DNA of 64,000 nt, taken from NCBI GenBank assembly GCA_910579105.1, contig CAJTRT010000008.1, positions 1,650-65,649 on the forward strand, given 5' to 3'. The number at the start of each line of letters is the position of its first letter. The first letter of the stretch is position 1. Shown in pieces: positions 1 through 9,112 of the stretch. The notes below the pieces were generated by a model. That model was given only the letters and a program-made list of their open reading frames with translations, was not told the DNA's origin and ran no database searches. Made by a program: the position numbers and the translations under genes. The stretch comes from an uncultured Muribaculaceae bacterium. GTDB lineage: Bacteria; Bacteroidota; Bacteroidia; Bacteroidales; Muribaculaceae.

Positions 1-233
1 GCGGGACCGCCGTCGGCTCCCGCGCACATTTATATTAATGAACCTACAAAGGTACAAATTCCCGGCCACAAATCAAAATCACGCGGCACGCCTCGCCGCC
101 CCCGCGCCGCGCCGCGGCCTGGGCGCCCGGCACCCAGACCGGGCCCGGACGGTTTTTATGCGGAATGAGTTCGGATAACTTGCGCGGCTCGGGATTTTTT
201 GCGACCTTCGCGGCGTAAATCGTCAGACACGAG

Positions 234-2597
234 ATGAGACTTTCCGACCTTACAACCGGCCAGTCGGCGGTGATAGTGAAAATCCTGGGCCACGGCGCGT
301 TCCGAAAGCGCGTCATGGAGATGGGGTTCGTCAAGGGGCACACCATAACGGCGGTGCTCGCCGCCCCGCTCCGCGACCCGGTGAAATACCGCATAATGGG
401 CTACGAGGTGAGCCTGCGCCGCTCGGAGGCAGCGATGGTCGAGGTAATGCCCCTTGAAGAAAGCCCGGTTGCCGGGCACGGAGGCGCGGCCGGCGACCTG
501 AGGATGATCGACGACGCCGACCCCGGACAGCGCGACCGGTTCGAGGGAAGCAGCCACACCATAAACGTGGCGCTGATAGGCAACCCCAACTGCGGCAAGA
601 CCTCGCTCTTCAACATCGCATCGGGGGCGCAGGAGCACGTCGGGAATTACAGCGGGGTGACCGTCGGCTCGAAGACCGGCACCTTCCGCCACAGGGGCTA
701 CACGTTCAACATCGTAGACCTCCCGGGCACCTACTCACTGTCGGCCTACTCCCCCGAGGAGCGGTTCGTGCGCCGGTACCTGCGCGACAGCAACCCCGAC
801 GTGATCGTCAACGTCGTCGACGGGTCGAACCTCGACCGCAACCTCTACCTCACCACCGAGCTGATCGACATGGACCATTCGATGGTGATCGCGCTGAACA
901 TGTACGACGAGCTGCGCGCCGCCGGCACGGTGTTCGATTTCGAAGCCATGGGAAAGCTCATAGGCGTGCCGGTGGTCCCCACCGTCAGCCGCACCGGCGA
1001 AGGGATAGAGAACCTGTTCGACACGATAATAGAGGTCTACGAGCAGCGCGACCCCAGAGTCAAGCACGTCCACGTCCACCTCGGCCAGGACATAGAGGCC
1101 GCCCTGACCTCCATAAAGGACGCTATCAAGGCCGACAAAAGCGTCAACCAGCACTTCTCGGCCCGATACCTCGCCATACGCCTCCTGGAGAAAGACCCGG
1201 AGGCGGAGGAGATAATCGGCCAGGGCGCCGACGGAGCCTCCATCCTGGCCGCGCGCGACAATGCCCTCGCGGCCCTCGCGCGGCAGCTTCCCGGCGAGGA
1301 TGTCGGCTCGATAATAGCCGGGGAGAAATACGGCTTCATCGCCGGGGCGCTCGCCGAGACGCGCCAGCTCGCGGCCGACCGCAAGAGAGGGGCCACGGGG
1401 CTGATCGACGCGCTGGTGACCAGCCGCCTGTTCGGATTTCCGATGTTCATCCTGGCGATGTGCTTCATCTTCTGGGCCACATTCTACGTCGGCCAGTACC
1501 CGGCCGACTGGATCCAGGCCGGCATCGACGCCCTCGCCGGCCTGGTCGACGCGCGCATGGCCGACGGACCGCTGAAAAGCCTGCTCGCCAACGGCGTGAT
1601 CGGGGGCGTCGGAGGGGTGATCGTGTTCCTGCCCAACATACTGATTCTCTTCTTCTTCATCTCCTTCATGGAGGATTCGGGCTACATGGCCCGCGCTGCG
1701 TTCATCATGGACCGGCTGATGCACAAGATAGGGCTCCACGGCAAGTCGTTCATCCCGATGGTGATGGGCTTCGGCTGCAACGTGCCCGCCGTCATGGCCG
1801 CCCGCGCCATAGAAAGCTCGTCGTCGAGAGCCATAACCGTGCTGATCACCCCGTTCATGTCGTGCTCGGCGCGCCTGCCGGTCTACGTGTTGCTCGTAGG
1901 CACTTTTTTCAGCGCCCACGCCGCGCTGGTGTTCCTGGCCATGTATCTCATAGGGATTCTCGCCGCCGCCGTGACGGCCAGGCTGCTGCGCCGACTGTTC
2001 TTCAATAATGACGAGACCCCGTTCGTTATGGAGCTCCCCCCCTACCGCGTCCCGGCGATGAAGACATCCCTGCGCCACATGTGGTGGAAAAGCCGCGAGT
2101 ATCTGAAAAAGATGGGAGGCATCATCCTGCTGGCCTCGGTGATAGTGTGGGCGCTCGACTACTTCCCGCTCCGCTCGCAGGAAGACCAGGCACAGGACTC
2201 CTACCTCGAAAGCATCGGCAAGGCCGTAAGCCCCGCGACAGAGCCGCTCGGATTCTCCTGGCGCGCCACGGTGGCCGCCGTGGCCGGAATCCCCGCGAAG
2301 GAAATCGTCGTATCCACCCTGGGAGTGCTCTACACGGGATCGGAAGAAGCCACCGACCAGGCGCTGTCGAAACGCCTCACCTCCGTCATGCCCGGCGAGG
2401 CCAAGCCCGACTTCGACCCCGCATCGGCCCTCAGCTTCATGATTTTCATACTGCTCTACTGCCCCTGCACCGCCACCGTGATCGCCATCATAAAGGAAAC
2501 CCGCTCATGGCGCTACGGAGCATTCACCATACTGTACAACACCGCCTTCGCGTGGTTGGCGGCCTTCGCTGCCTACCGTCTCGCCCTCCTCTTCTGA
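234..2597 (+). CDS. feoB: Ferrous iron transporter, FeoA-FeoB fusion
   Basis: N-terminal FeoA domain (KRVMEMGF...APLRDP...EVSLRR), GTPase motifs GNPNCGKT, VGNYSGVT and DLPG, and gate motifs GFGCNVP and PFMSCSAR in a polytopic membrane region. Confidence 0.97.
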   Translation: MRLSDLTTGQSAVIVKILGHGAFRKRVMEMGFVKGHTITAVLAAPLRDPVKYRIMGYEVSLRRSEAAMVEVMPLEESPVAGHGGAAGDLRMIDDADPGQRDRFEGSSHTINVALIGNPNCGKTSLFNIASGAQEHVGNYSGVTVGSKTGTFRHRGYTFNIVDLPGTYSLSAYSPEERFVRRYLRDSNPDVIVNVVDGSNLDRNLYLTTELIDMDHSMVIALNMYDELRAAGTVFDFEAMGKLIGVPVVPTVSRTGEGIENLFDTIIEVYEQRDPRVKHVHVHLGQDIEAALTSIKDAIKADKSVNQHFSARYLAIRLLEKDPEAEEIIGQGADGASILAARDNALAALARQLPGEDVGSIIAGEKYGFIAGALAETRQLAADRKRGATGLIDALVTSRLFGFPMFILAMCFIFWATFYVGQYPADWIQAGIDALAGLVDARMADGPLKSLLANGVIGGVGGVIVFLPNILILFFFISFMEDSGYMARAAFIMDRLMHKIGLHGKSFIPMVMGFGCNVPAVMAARAIESSSSRAITVLITPFMSCSARLPVYVLLVGTFFSAHAALVFLAMYLIGILAAAVTARLLRRLFFNNDETPFVMELPPYRVPAMKTSLRHMWWKSREYLKKMGGIILLASVIVWALDYFPLRSQEDQAQDSYLESIGKAVSPATEPLGFSWRATVAAVAGIPAKEIVVSTLGVLYTGSEEATDQALSKRLTSVMPGEAKPDFDPASALSFMIFILLYCPCTATVIAIIKETRSWRYGAFTILYNTAFAWLAAFAAYRLALLF

Positions 2598-2781
2598 TTT
2601 TGTACCCACCACGGCTTCCTACATTGAAAACACAAACGCCGCTAACTTCGACGCGTCTGCCAAGTTAACGGCCGGCCATGGGCGGGGGCGCCGCGCACGT
2701 AGGCAATTTTAACGTTTTGGTTAAAGATTGTTTGGAGAATTATCCGTAACTTCGTTCCAAATTTTTATTTAACTATCTATT

Positions 2782-5265
2782 ATGATGAAAAAAGTGCTAA
2801 TCGGGTTGATTGGCGCGGCAGGAGCGATGTTAGTCGCCTCATGCGCTGACACTTTCAACCCGGGTGGCGACAGCGACCACCAGGGACGCATCTTCCCCTC
2901 GGTCAGCCTCGACAAGAGCGTGGTGACCTCGAAGAGCACCCCCAAAGCCCCCGCGTCAAGAGCCGCGGAAGCTGTCTCCTCCGACCAGATGAAAATCCGG
3001 CTCGTGCGCGACGCCGGCGGCTATGACAAAACATGGGATTCCCTCTCCGACTTCCCCTCCGCTGAATTATTCCCCGTAGGCCGTTACACTTTCAGCGCCT
3101 TCTACGGCAGCGCGGAAGAGCAGGGCTTCAGCAAGCCCTATTATTACGGAGAATGTTCGATCGAGGTCGAGGAGAACCGCTCGGCCCAGGTACAGGTCAC
3201 GGCCCAGCTCGCCAACTCGATGCTGACCATCGCCTATTCCGAGGCGTTCGCCGCGTATTTCACCGACTACAAGACTACCATCACAACCGCGCTCGGCTCG
3301 CTGGAATACGCCGCCGACGCGACCGCGCCTGTTTACCTCCCCGCCGGAGAGGTGTCGTTCGCGATCGACGTGACCAAGCCCTCAGGCACGAAGGCCACAC
3401 TGACCCCCAACGCAGTAACACTCAGCCCACGCCATCACTACACGGTGAAGTTCGACGTCAACAACGGCAACGTGGCAACGCCCGTCCTGAAAATCGAATG
3501 GGACGAGATGCTCGACACCGAGGAAGTCACGATCGACCTCTCCGATGACATTCTCAACGCTCCCGCGCCCACCATCGCCTCCGAAGGATTCCCCGTCGAA
3601 AGCTTCATCGCCGGGAATGCTCCCGCGGGAGAGCGCTCGCTGACTATCGTTGCCCACGGCGGCCTGTCGTCGCTCGTGATGACCACCGCCTCACCCTCGC
3701 TCCGCGAGCAAGGGTGGCCAGCCGAGACGGACCTCCTGGCAGGCGACGCCGCGGCCAACGCCGCCACCGCCGCGCTCGGTCTGAAGACCCGCGGCCTGAC
3801 CAAGGCCGGCGGCAAGATCGCGCAGGTGACCCTCACCGACGTGCTCAACCATATCCGTTACGTCGAAGGCGCCTCAAACACCACGGAGTTCACCTTCGTG
3901 GCCCGCGACGCCTACAACAAGGCATCCGAACCGCTGACCCTGACCGTCGACATCGAGAAACTCATAATCGAGCTTTCCGCCCCCGCGCCGATTGTCAAAG
4001 GGCAGACCGACTTCTCCTGCCAGCTCACTTATAACGGAGGTGATGCCGCCAAGGACATCGCCATCCAGGCCAAGAACGACCGAGGCACATGGAGCGACAT
4101 CCCCGCCACCATCACCCCGGCGAGCCGCGCCGCCGCGACATACCTCGTCGAGGTCTCCGTTGACGGCGAGCGCGACACCCAGCTCCGCGCCAAGGCCGCC
4201 GACGGAACCGTGTCGGAACCGCTCGACGTGGTTCACGCCGAAGCGCCCCACGCGCTCAGCATCGACGAGCGCGACGTGTTCGCCCACTCCGCGAAAGTCA
4301 CCCTGATTGAAAACCCCGACTACACGGGGCCCGCGGCGCGCAGCATCCGCAAATCGCCCGCCGACATGGCGGCACGCGCGGCGCTGATGATCTCAACCGA
4401 CGGCAAGAAGTTCACCGCGGCCACCGGCGCCACGCTCAGCGGGGCAACCTGGAGCGTCAGCGGCCTAAACGCGAACCAAACCTACTACTTCCGCGCCGTA
4501 GTCGACGAAGTGCCATGCCGCAACGCCGAGGCCAGCACAGAAGCGGCCTTCCAGCTCGAAAACAGCTCGTTCGAGGACTGGGCCGAAGCAGACAGCCATA
4601 AATACTGGTCCCGCTGGTATCCGGCAGGCACAGCCAGGGGGGGAATCTGGGCAACCATCAACGAGCTTACCACGTCGCAGCAGAACGGCACAGACGGAAC
4701 CACATATTCATATGTATCCATATCCGGCACCATCCCTACGACCGATGCGCATTCAGGCGACAAAGCGGCATTGATACGCACTGTCGGATGGGGTAGCGGA
4801 AACACCGCGAGCATGATTTCCGGAAGAATGGGGACATGCAAGCATGTCAACGCCGGTGAGTTGTATCTGGGATCATATGACGCGTCCGCCCTTACCCCCA
4901 CATACGGATATCCGCTGACATCCCGCCCCAATAAAGTTTCTTTCTGGCACAAATACCTGAAAAAAGCAGATGAGGACTACGGATATGCAGAACTGGTAAT
5001 TTCAGATGCCGACGGCAACGTCCTTTTCTCCTCTACCAAGCAACTGACCGCGTCGGAATACACCCAGGAAACGTTCAATATCAGCTATCCCGAACATTGC
5101 GCCAAGGCCGCGAACATGTCACTCATCTTCCGTTCCTCGGGACACACCGACCTGAACGACAAGAAGAACACAACATGGCTCACGCCTCCCCCGAGAATGA
5201 ACCTCAGCACCGGTACATATATGGGATCACAGCTCTATATCGACGACATAGAGCTGGCCTACTAA
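2782..5265 (+). CDS. DUF4493-type lipoprotein with C-terminal PCMD-like (putative carbohydrate metabolism) domain
   Basis: Lipobox LVAS-C, ASRA motif, G.Y....YGS....GF.KPYY.G pattern, C-terminal NSSFEDW...GSQLYIDDIELAY. Confidence 0.8.
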   Translation: MMKKVLIGLIGAAGAMLVASCADTFNPGGDSDHQGRIFPSVSLDKSVVTSKSTPKAPASRAAEAVSSDQMKIRLVRDAGGYDKTWDSLSDFPSAELFPVGRYTFSAFYGSAEEQGFSKPYYYGECSIEVEENRSAQVQVTAQLANSMLTIAYSEAFAAYFTDYKTTITTALGSLEYAADATAPVYLPAGEVSFAIDVTKPSGTKATLTPNAVTLSPRHHYTVKFDVNNGNVATPVLKIEWDEMLDTEEVTIDLSDDILNAPAPTIASEGFPVESFIAGNAPAGERSLTIVAHGGLSSLVMTTASPSLREQGWPAETDLLAGDAAANAATAALGLKTRGLTKAGGKIAQVTLTDVLNHIRYVEGASNTTEFTFVARDAYNKASEPLTLTVDIEKLIIELSAPAPIVKGQTDFSCQLTYNGGDAAKDIAIQAKNDRGTWSDIPATITPASRAAATYLVEVSVDGERDTQLRAKAADGTVSEPLDVVHAEAPHALSIDERDVFAHSAKVTLIENPDYTGPAARSIRKSPADMAARAALMISTDGKKFTAATGATLSGATWSVSGLNANQTYYFRAVVDEVPCRNAEASTEAAFQLENSSFEDWAEADSHKYWSRWYPAGTARGGIWATINELTTSQQNGTDGTTYSYVSISGTIPTTDAHSGDKAALIRTVGWGSGNTASMISGRMGTCKHVNAGELYLGSYDASALTPTYGYPLTSRPNKVSFWHKYLKKADEDYGYAELVISDADGNVLFSSTKQLTASEYTQETFNISYPEHCAKAANMSLIFRSSGHTDLNDKKNTTWLTPPPRMNLSTGTYMGSQLYIDDIELAY

Positions 5266-5299
5266 CCTTCCACTAACCGAACATACCACTCACAAGATA

Positions 5300-6670
5300 A
5301 TGAAAACCAAGATTTTCTCCATAATGGCGGCGGCTGCCATACTCGCCTCGGGGGTCACCTCGTGCAGCGACAACTGGGAGCCTGATGTCAAAACCGGCTC
5401 CGGCAACGGCGTCGGCCGACTCCGCACCGCGACCTTCGGCGTGGAAGTCACCAACGGCGAGATGCTGATCAAGGACGGCCTGGCGCCCTCCAAGGCTCCG
5501 AAAGCCGCCGCGAAGTCGCGCGAATCGGTGGACCTCACTAACTTCATCGTGAAAATCACCGCCGCCGACGGCACCGAGGCTGGCACCTGGAAGTACGGCG
5601 AGATGGAGGAGTTCCTGCTCCTCGACGCGGGCGATTACACCGTGGACGTTGCCTCGTCCGAGGCTCCCGAACCCGCGGGATGGAACTGCCCCTACTTCAC
5701 CGGCTCGCAGAAATTCACCATCGTCGAGAACAAGATCACCGACGTCGAGCCGGTCGTATGCACCCTGGGCAACGTCATGGTGACCGTGCACTTCACCAAG
5801 CAGCTCCTGGCCGAGGCCGGAAGCGACCTGCAAGTGGCCGTCACCTCCACCGAGGGGAACAGCCTGACCTACACAACCTCGACCCCTGCGACCGACGCGG
5901 GCTACTTCGCTTCGTCGGGCGACGAGAACGAGACACTGAAAGTAACCTTCACCGGCACAATCAGCGGCGTGGCCGAAACTTTCTCCAACGCCCTCCTCGA
6001 CGTGAAGCCGGGCCAGCACCGCAAAATCACATTCGGATTGAAGAAGAACGACGCCGTATCGCCCGACGAGAATGGCTACATCCTGGTCGACGGCACCCCG
6101 ATCTCGGTTGACACCTCTGTCGAGAACGAGGACATGACGGTTGACAACGCCGTGGAGGACGACATCCTCGACCCATCCGACCGCCCGGGTCACGAAGTGC
6201 TCCCCGACGACCCCACCCCTCCCGGGCCGGAGAACCCCGACGACCCCAAGGAGGACGCCATCGACTTCGACAGCAAGACAATCAAACTCGACGGCACCTG
6301 GAACAAGGTCTCTGACTTCGCCGACGGTATGGACGCCAAGCAGGAGGCGATAGTAGTTATCACCGCGAAAGAAGGAGTCGCGAACCTAATCGTCACCATC
6401 AACGCCAATGATGGTCTCGCAGCGGTTCTCGCCGACCCATCGATGGGTCTTGACAAGCCTTTTGACCTGGCCTATCCCGGAGACCGCTACGACGTTCTCC
6501 ACAACTTCAAGTTCCCCCTGGGTGACGAGGTTATCGGCAAGACAGAAGTGACTTTCGACATCACGGACTTCGTGCCAATGCTGGGGATGTATCCCGGACA
6601 GAACACCTTCATCATCCGCGTGGTCGACCAAAAAGGGGGCGAGAAGTCTCAATCACTAATGTTTGAATAA
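5300..6670 (+). CDS. DUF4493-type lipoprotein
   Basis: Lipobox VTS-C, KSR motif, GDYTV...AGWNCPYFTG...V.CTLGNV.VTV pattern, Pro/Asp-rich linker. Confidence 0.78.
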   Translation: MKTKIFSIMAAAAILASGVTSCSDNWEPDVKTGSGNGVGRLRTATFGVEVTNGEMLIKDGLAPSKAPKAAAKSRESVDLTNFIVKITAADGTEAGTWKYGEMEEFLLLDAGDYTVDVASSEAPEPAGWNCPYFTGSQKFTIVENKITDVEPVVCTLGNVMVTVHFTKQLLAEAGSDLQVAVTSTEGNSLTYTTSTPATDAGYFASSGDENETLKVTFTGTISGVAETFSNALLDVKPGQHRKITFGLKKNDAVSPDENGYILVDGTPISVDTSVENEDMTVDNAVEDDILDPSDRPGHEVLPDDPTPPGPENPDDPKEDAIDFDSKTIKLDGTWNKVSDFADGMDAKQEAIVVITAKEGVANLIVTINANDGLAAVLADPSMGLDKPFDLAYPGDRYDVLHNFKFPLGDEVIGKTEVTFDITDFVPMLGMYPGQNTFIIRVVDQKGGEKSQSLMFE

Positions 6671-6683
6671 GGAGGACTGACCG

Positions 6684-8867
6684 ATGAAAAAGCTATTGAC
6701 ATTCAGCGCCGCCCTGATAGGGCTGGCAATGGGCAGCTGCTCCGACGACGCGAAATACGACCTTGGCAACGTCTCGGGTGAGGGACGCGTCATGATCCGC
6801 ACGTCGCTCAACGCCGACGTGGCCAAATCGCGCGCCATAACCCCGGTTGACGAGCTGGCCAAGGACGCGATGATATGGATTTCCAACGAGAAGGGCCTTG
6901 TGCGCCGCTTCGACGCTTCCAACCCGCTTCCAACCGGCGGAGTGACCCTCCTCGCGGGCAACTACACCGCCGAGGTATGGGCCGGCGACTCCGTGCCAGC
7001 CTCCTTCGACACCCGCTGGTTCAAGGGGATGGAGAAATTCACCGTCGTGAGCGGTTCCGTCTCCCAGGTGACGGTGGTGGCCGCCATAGCCAACGTAGTG
7101 ACAAGCGTGGTTGCCGACAAGGGGGCCAAAGACGTACTCTCCGACATCACTATGACCATAGGCCACAAGACCGGTTCTCTGGAATTCACTCCTGAACTGA
7201 TTGAGAACAATGCCAAAGGTTACTTCATGATGCCGTCAATCGACAAGAACCTCGCCTGGACGCTGAAAGGCACCCTCTCAACCGGCGAGGAGTTCACCAA
7301 GACCGGCACCATAGAGAACGCCCGCCCCAAGACCGAGTACATTCTCACCGTCAAGCATGACGGCGGCGTGACCTCGCCCGTAGGCGGCGCGTTCATAACC
7401 GTCGAGATCCAGGAAGCCACCATCGTCGAGGACGAGTTCACCATCAACGCCGCCCCCGCGATTTCCGGCATCGGCTTCGATCTTTCGCAGCCCGTGATAG
7501 CCGAACCGGGCAAATTCGCCAAGAAATCGCTCTGGGTTGCCGCGACCTCGTTCCTGAAACGTGCCGAGGTGCGCTGCGACGCGTTCACCGCCCTGCTCGG
7601 CATCGGCGGCAACGACTTCGAGATTTTCGGCATGGAGCCTTCGGTCGAAAGCGCCGTGAACGCCGCCGGCATCCACTGGACCTACACCACCCACGACGAC
7701 ACCCGTTTCTCCGAACTGAAACTCACTTTCGACAAGGAGCTGCTCAACAACCTCCCCTCGGGCGAGCACCAGGTGTCCGTCACCATAACCGACGAGGCCG
7801 ACAAGACCGCCACGGCGACGATGACACTTATGGTTTCCGACGCGCTCGTGATGACCGACCAGGTTGACGCGCTCGCCCCGACCACCTGGGCCACCAAGGC
7901 CACCCTCACCGGCACGGTGATGAAGGACGGCGCTACCGGTCTCGGCATCCAGTACCGCAAGCAGGGTACCCAGCAGTGGACGCAGGTTGCCGCCGACGAA
8001 GCCACCTCGCGCGCCGCGGCCAACTCCAAGTACATCGTTACGCTCACCGGCCTCGAACCGGGGGCGACCTACGAGTACCAGTCCTACTGCGACGACTTCA
8101 CCTCATCAGTGACCTGCACGTTCACAACCGAATCGGCCACCCAGCTTCCCAACTCCGGCTTCGAGGAATGGGGCAGCGACGGCGGCGTGGTTATCCCCGC
8201 GGCCTCCACCGCCGACCAGTTCTGGGACTCCGGCAACCATGGAGCCTACAAGGCAGGGAAAGCGGTATTGACCGAGAGGGACGGCTCAATCAGACATTCG
8301 GGCAGCTACTCCGCCCGCCTCACCAGCAAATACGCGAATTTGTTCGGTATAGGGAAATTCGCCGCCGGAAACATCTTCATCGGCAAATATCTCGAAACCG
8401 ACGGCATGGACGGCGTACTTGGCTGGGGTCGCGACTTCCAGTCGAGGCCAAGGGCATTGCGCGTCTGGGCAAAGTATACTCCGCAAACTATAAACCGCGT
8501 CCAATCGAATCCGCGTAACCTTAAGGAAGGCGATTCTGACCAAGGCATTATATACATCGCGATCCTTAACGGCAACAACAAATCAGATAGCAAATACGGC
8601 ACACAATGGCCGTGCGTGATTCGTACCAAATCAACTCAACTGTTCAGCAAGGATGACCCCAACGTGATCGCCTATGGCGAGAAACTGTTCACCGAGGCAA
8701 CAGGAGGGGATTCACTGGTAGAATTTGAAATACCCATCGAATATTACGACACCAACACAAAGGCTGTCAAAGTGATATGCGTGGCCTCAGCCTCGGTCGG
8801 CGGCGACTACTTCACCGGCGGCGAAGGCTCCCAGCTGTACATCGATGATTTCGAACTGATCTATTAA
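6684..8867 (+). CDS. DUF4493-type lipoprotein with FN3-like and PCMD-like domains
   Basis: Lipobox MGS-C, KSRA, GNYTAEVWAGD...SFD..WFKG, LTGLEPGATYEY (FN3-like), QLPNSGFEEW...WDSGN...FAAGNIFIG...GSQLYIDDFELIY. Confidence 0.82.
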   Translation: MKKLLTFSAALIGLAMGSCSDDAKYDLGNVSGEGRVMIRTSLNADVAKSRAITPVDELAKDAMIWISNEKGLVRRFDASNPLPTGGVTLLAGNYTAEVWAGDSVPASFDTRWFKGMEKFTVVSGSVSQVTVVAAIANVVTSVVADKGAKDVLSDITMTIGHKTGSLEFTPELIENNAKGYFMMPSIDKNLAWTLKGTLSTGEEFTKTGTIENARPKTEYILTVKHDGGVTSPVGGAFITVEIQEATIVEDEFTINAAPAISGIGFDLSQPVIAEPGKFAKKSLWVAATSFLKRAEVRCDAFTALLGIGGNDFEIFGMEPSVESAVNAAGIHWTYTTHDDTRFSELKLTFDKELLNNLPSGEHQVSVTITDEADKTATATMTLMVSDALVMTDQVDALAPTTWATKATLTGTVMKDGATGLGIQYRKQGTQQWTQVAADEATSRAAANSKYIVTLTGLEPGATYEYQSYCDDFTSSVTCTFTTESATQLPNSGFEEWGSDGGVVIPAASTADQFWDSGNHGAYKAGKAVLTERDGSIRHSGSYSARLTSKYANLFGIGKFAAGNIFIGKYLETDGMDGVLGWGRDFQSRPRALRVWAKYTPQTINRVQSNPRNLKEGDSDQGIIYIAILNGNNKSDSKYGTQWPCVIRTKSTQLFSKDDPNVIAYGEKLFTEATGGDSLVEFEIPIEYYDTNTKAVKVICVASASVGGDYFTGGEGSQLYIDDFELIY

Positions 8868-8906
8868 GCGGTTCGTCCACAATTATTACAGCACCCTCCC
8901 ATCCGG

Positions 8907-8960
8907 GCGGATAAATAACGCGCTGTGTCGGGATTCCGGCACAGCGCGTTATTTATCCGC
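8907..8960. terminator. Long inverted repeat, probable terminator or processing hairpin
   Basis: GCGGATAAATAACGCGCTGTG (8907-8927) is a perfect 21-bp inverted repeat of 8940-8960, just after the lipoprotein cluster. Confidence 0.7.
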
Positions 8961-9112
8961 ACGATTACGCCCATCTGTCAACTTAAAAATTTAACAAAAC
9001 TTATGAAGGAATATTGACAATAATAACATATCTTTGTCAGTTCTTATTTCTATGGGTACCGCCCTATGCCATGAAACCGCAGACCAAATTAGCAAACCTC
9101 ATAATCAACCCA

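Noticed and set aside
1..54. Start of a divergent minus-strand gene (ATG at 29, TACCTTTG element at 47-54)
   Set aside because: Plausible, but only nine codons fall in the window, so no product can be supported.
2782..8867. Diversity-generating retroelement or invertible shufflon behind the variable PCMD ends
   Set aside because: No reverse transcriptase, template repeat, recombinase or flanking inverted repeats are visible in the window.
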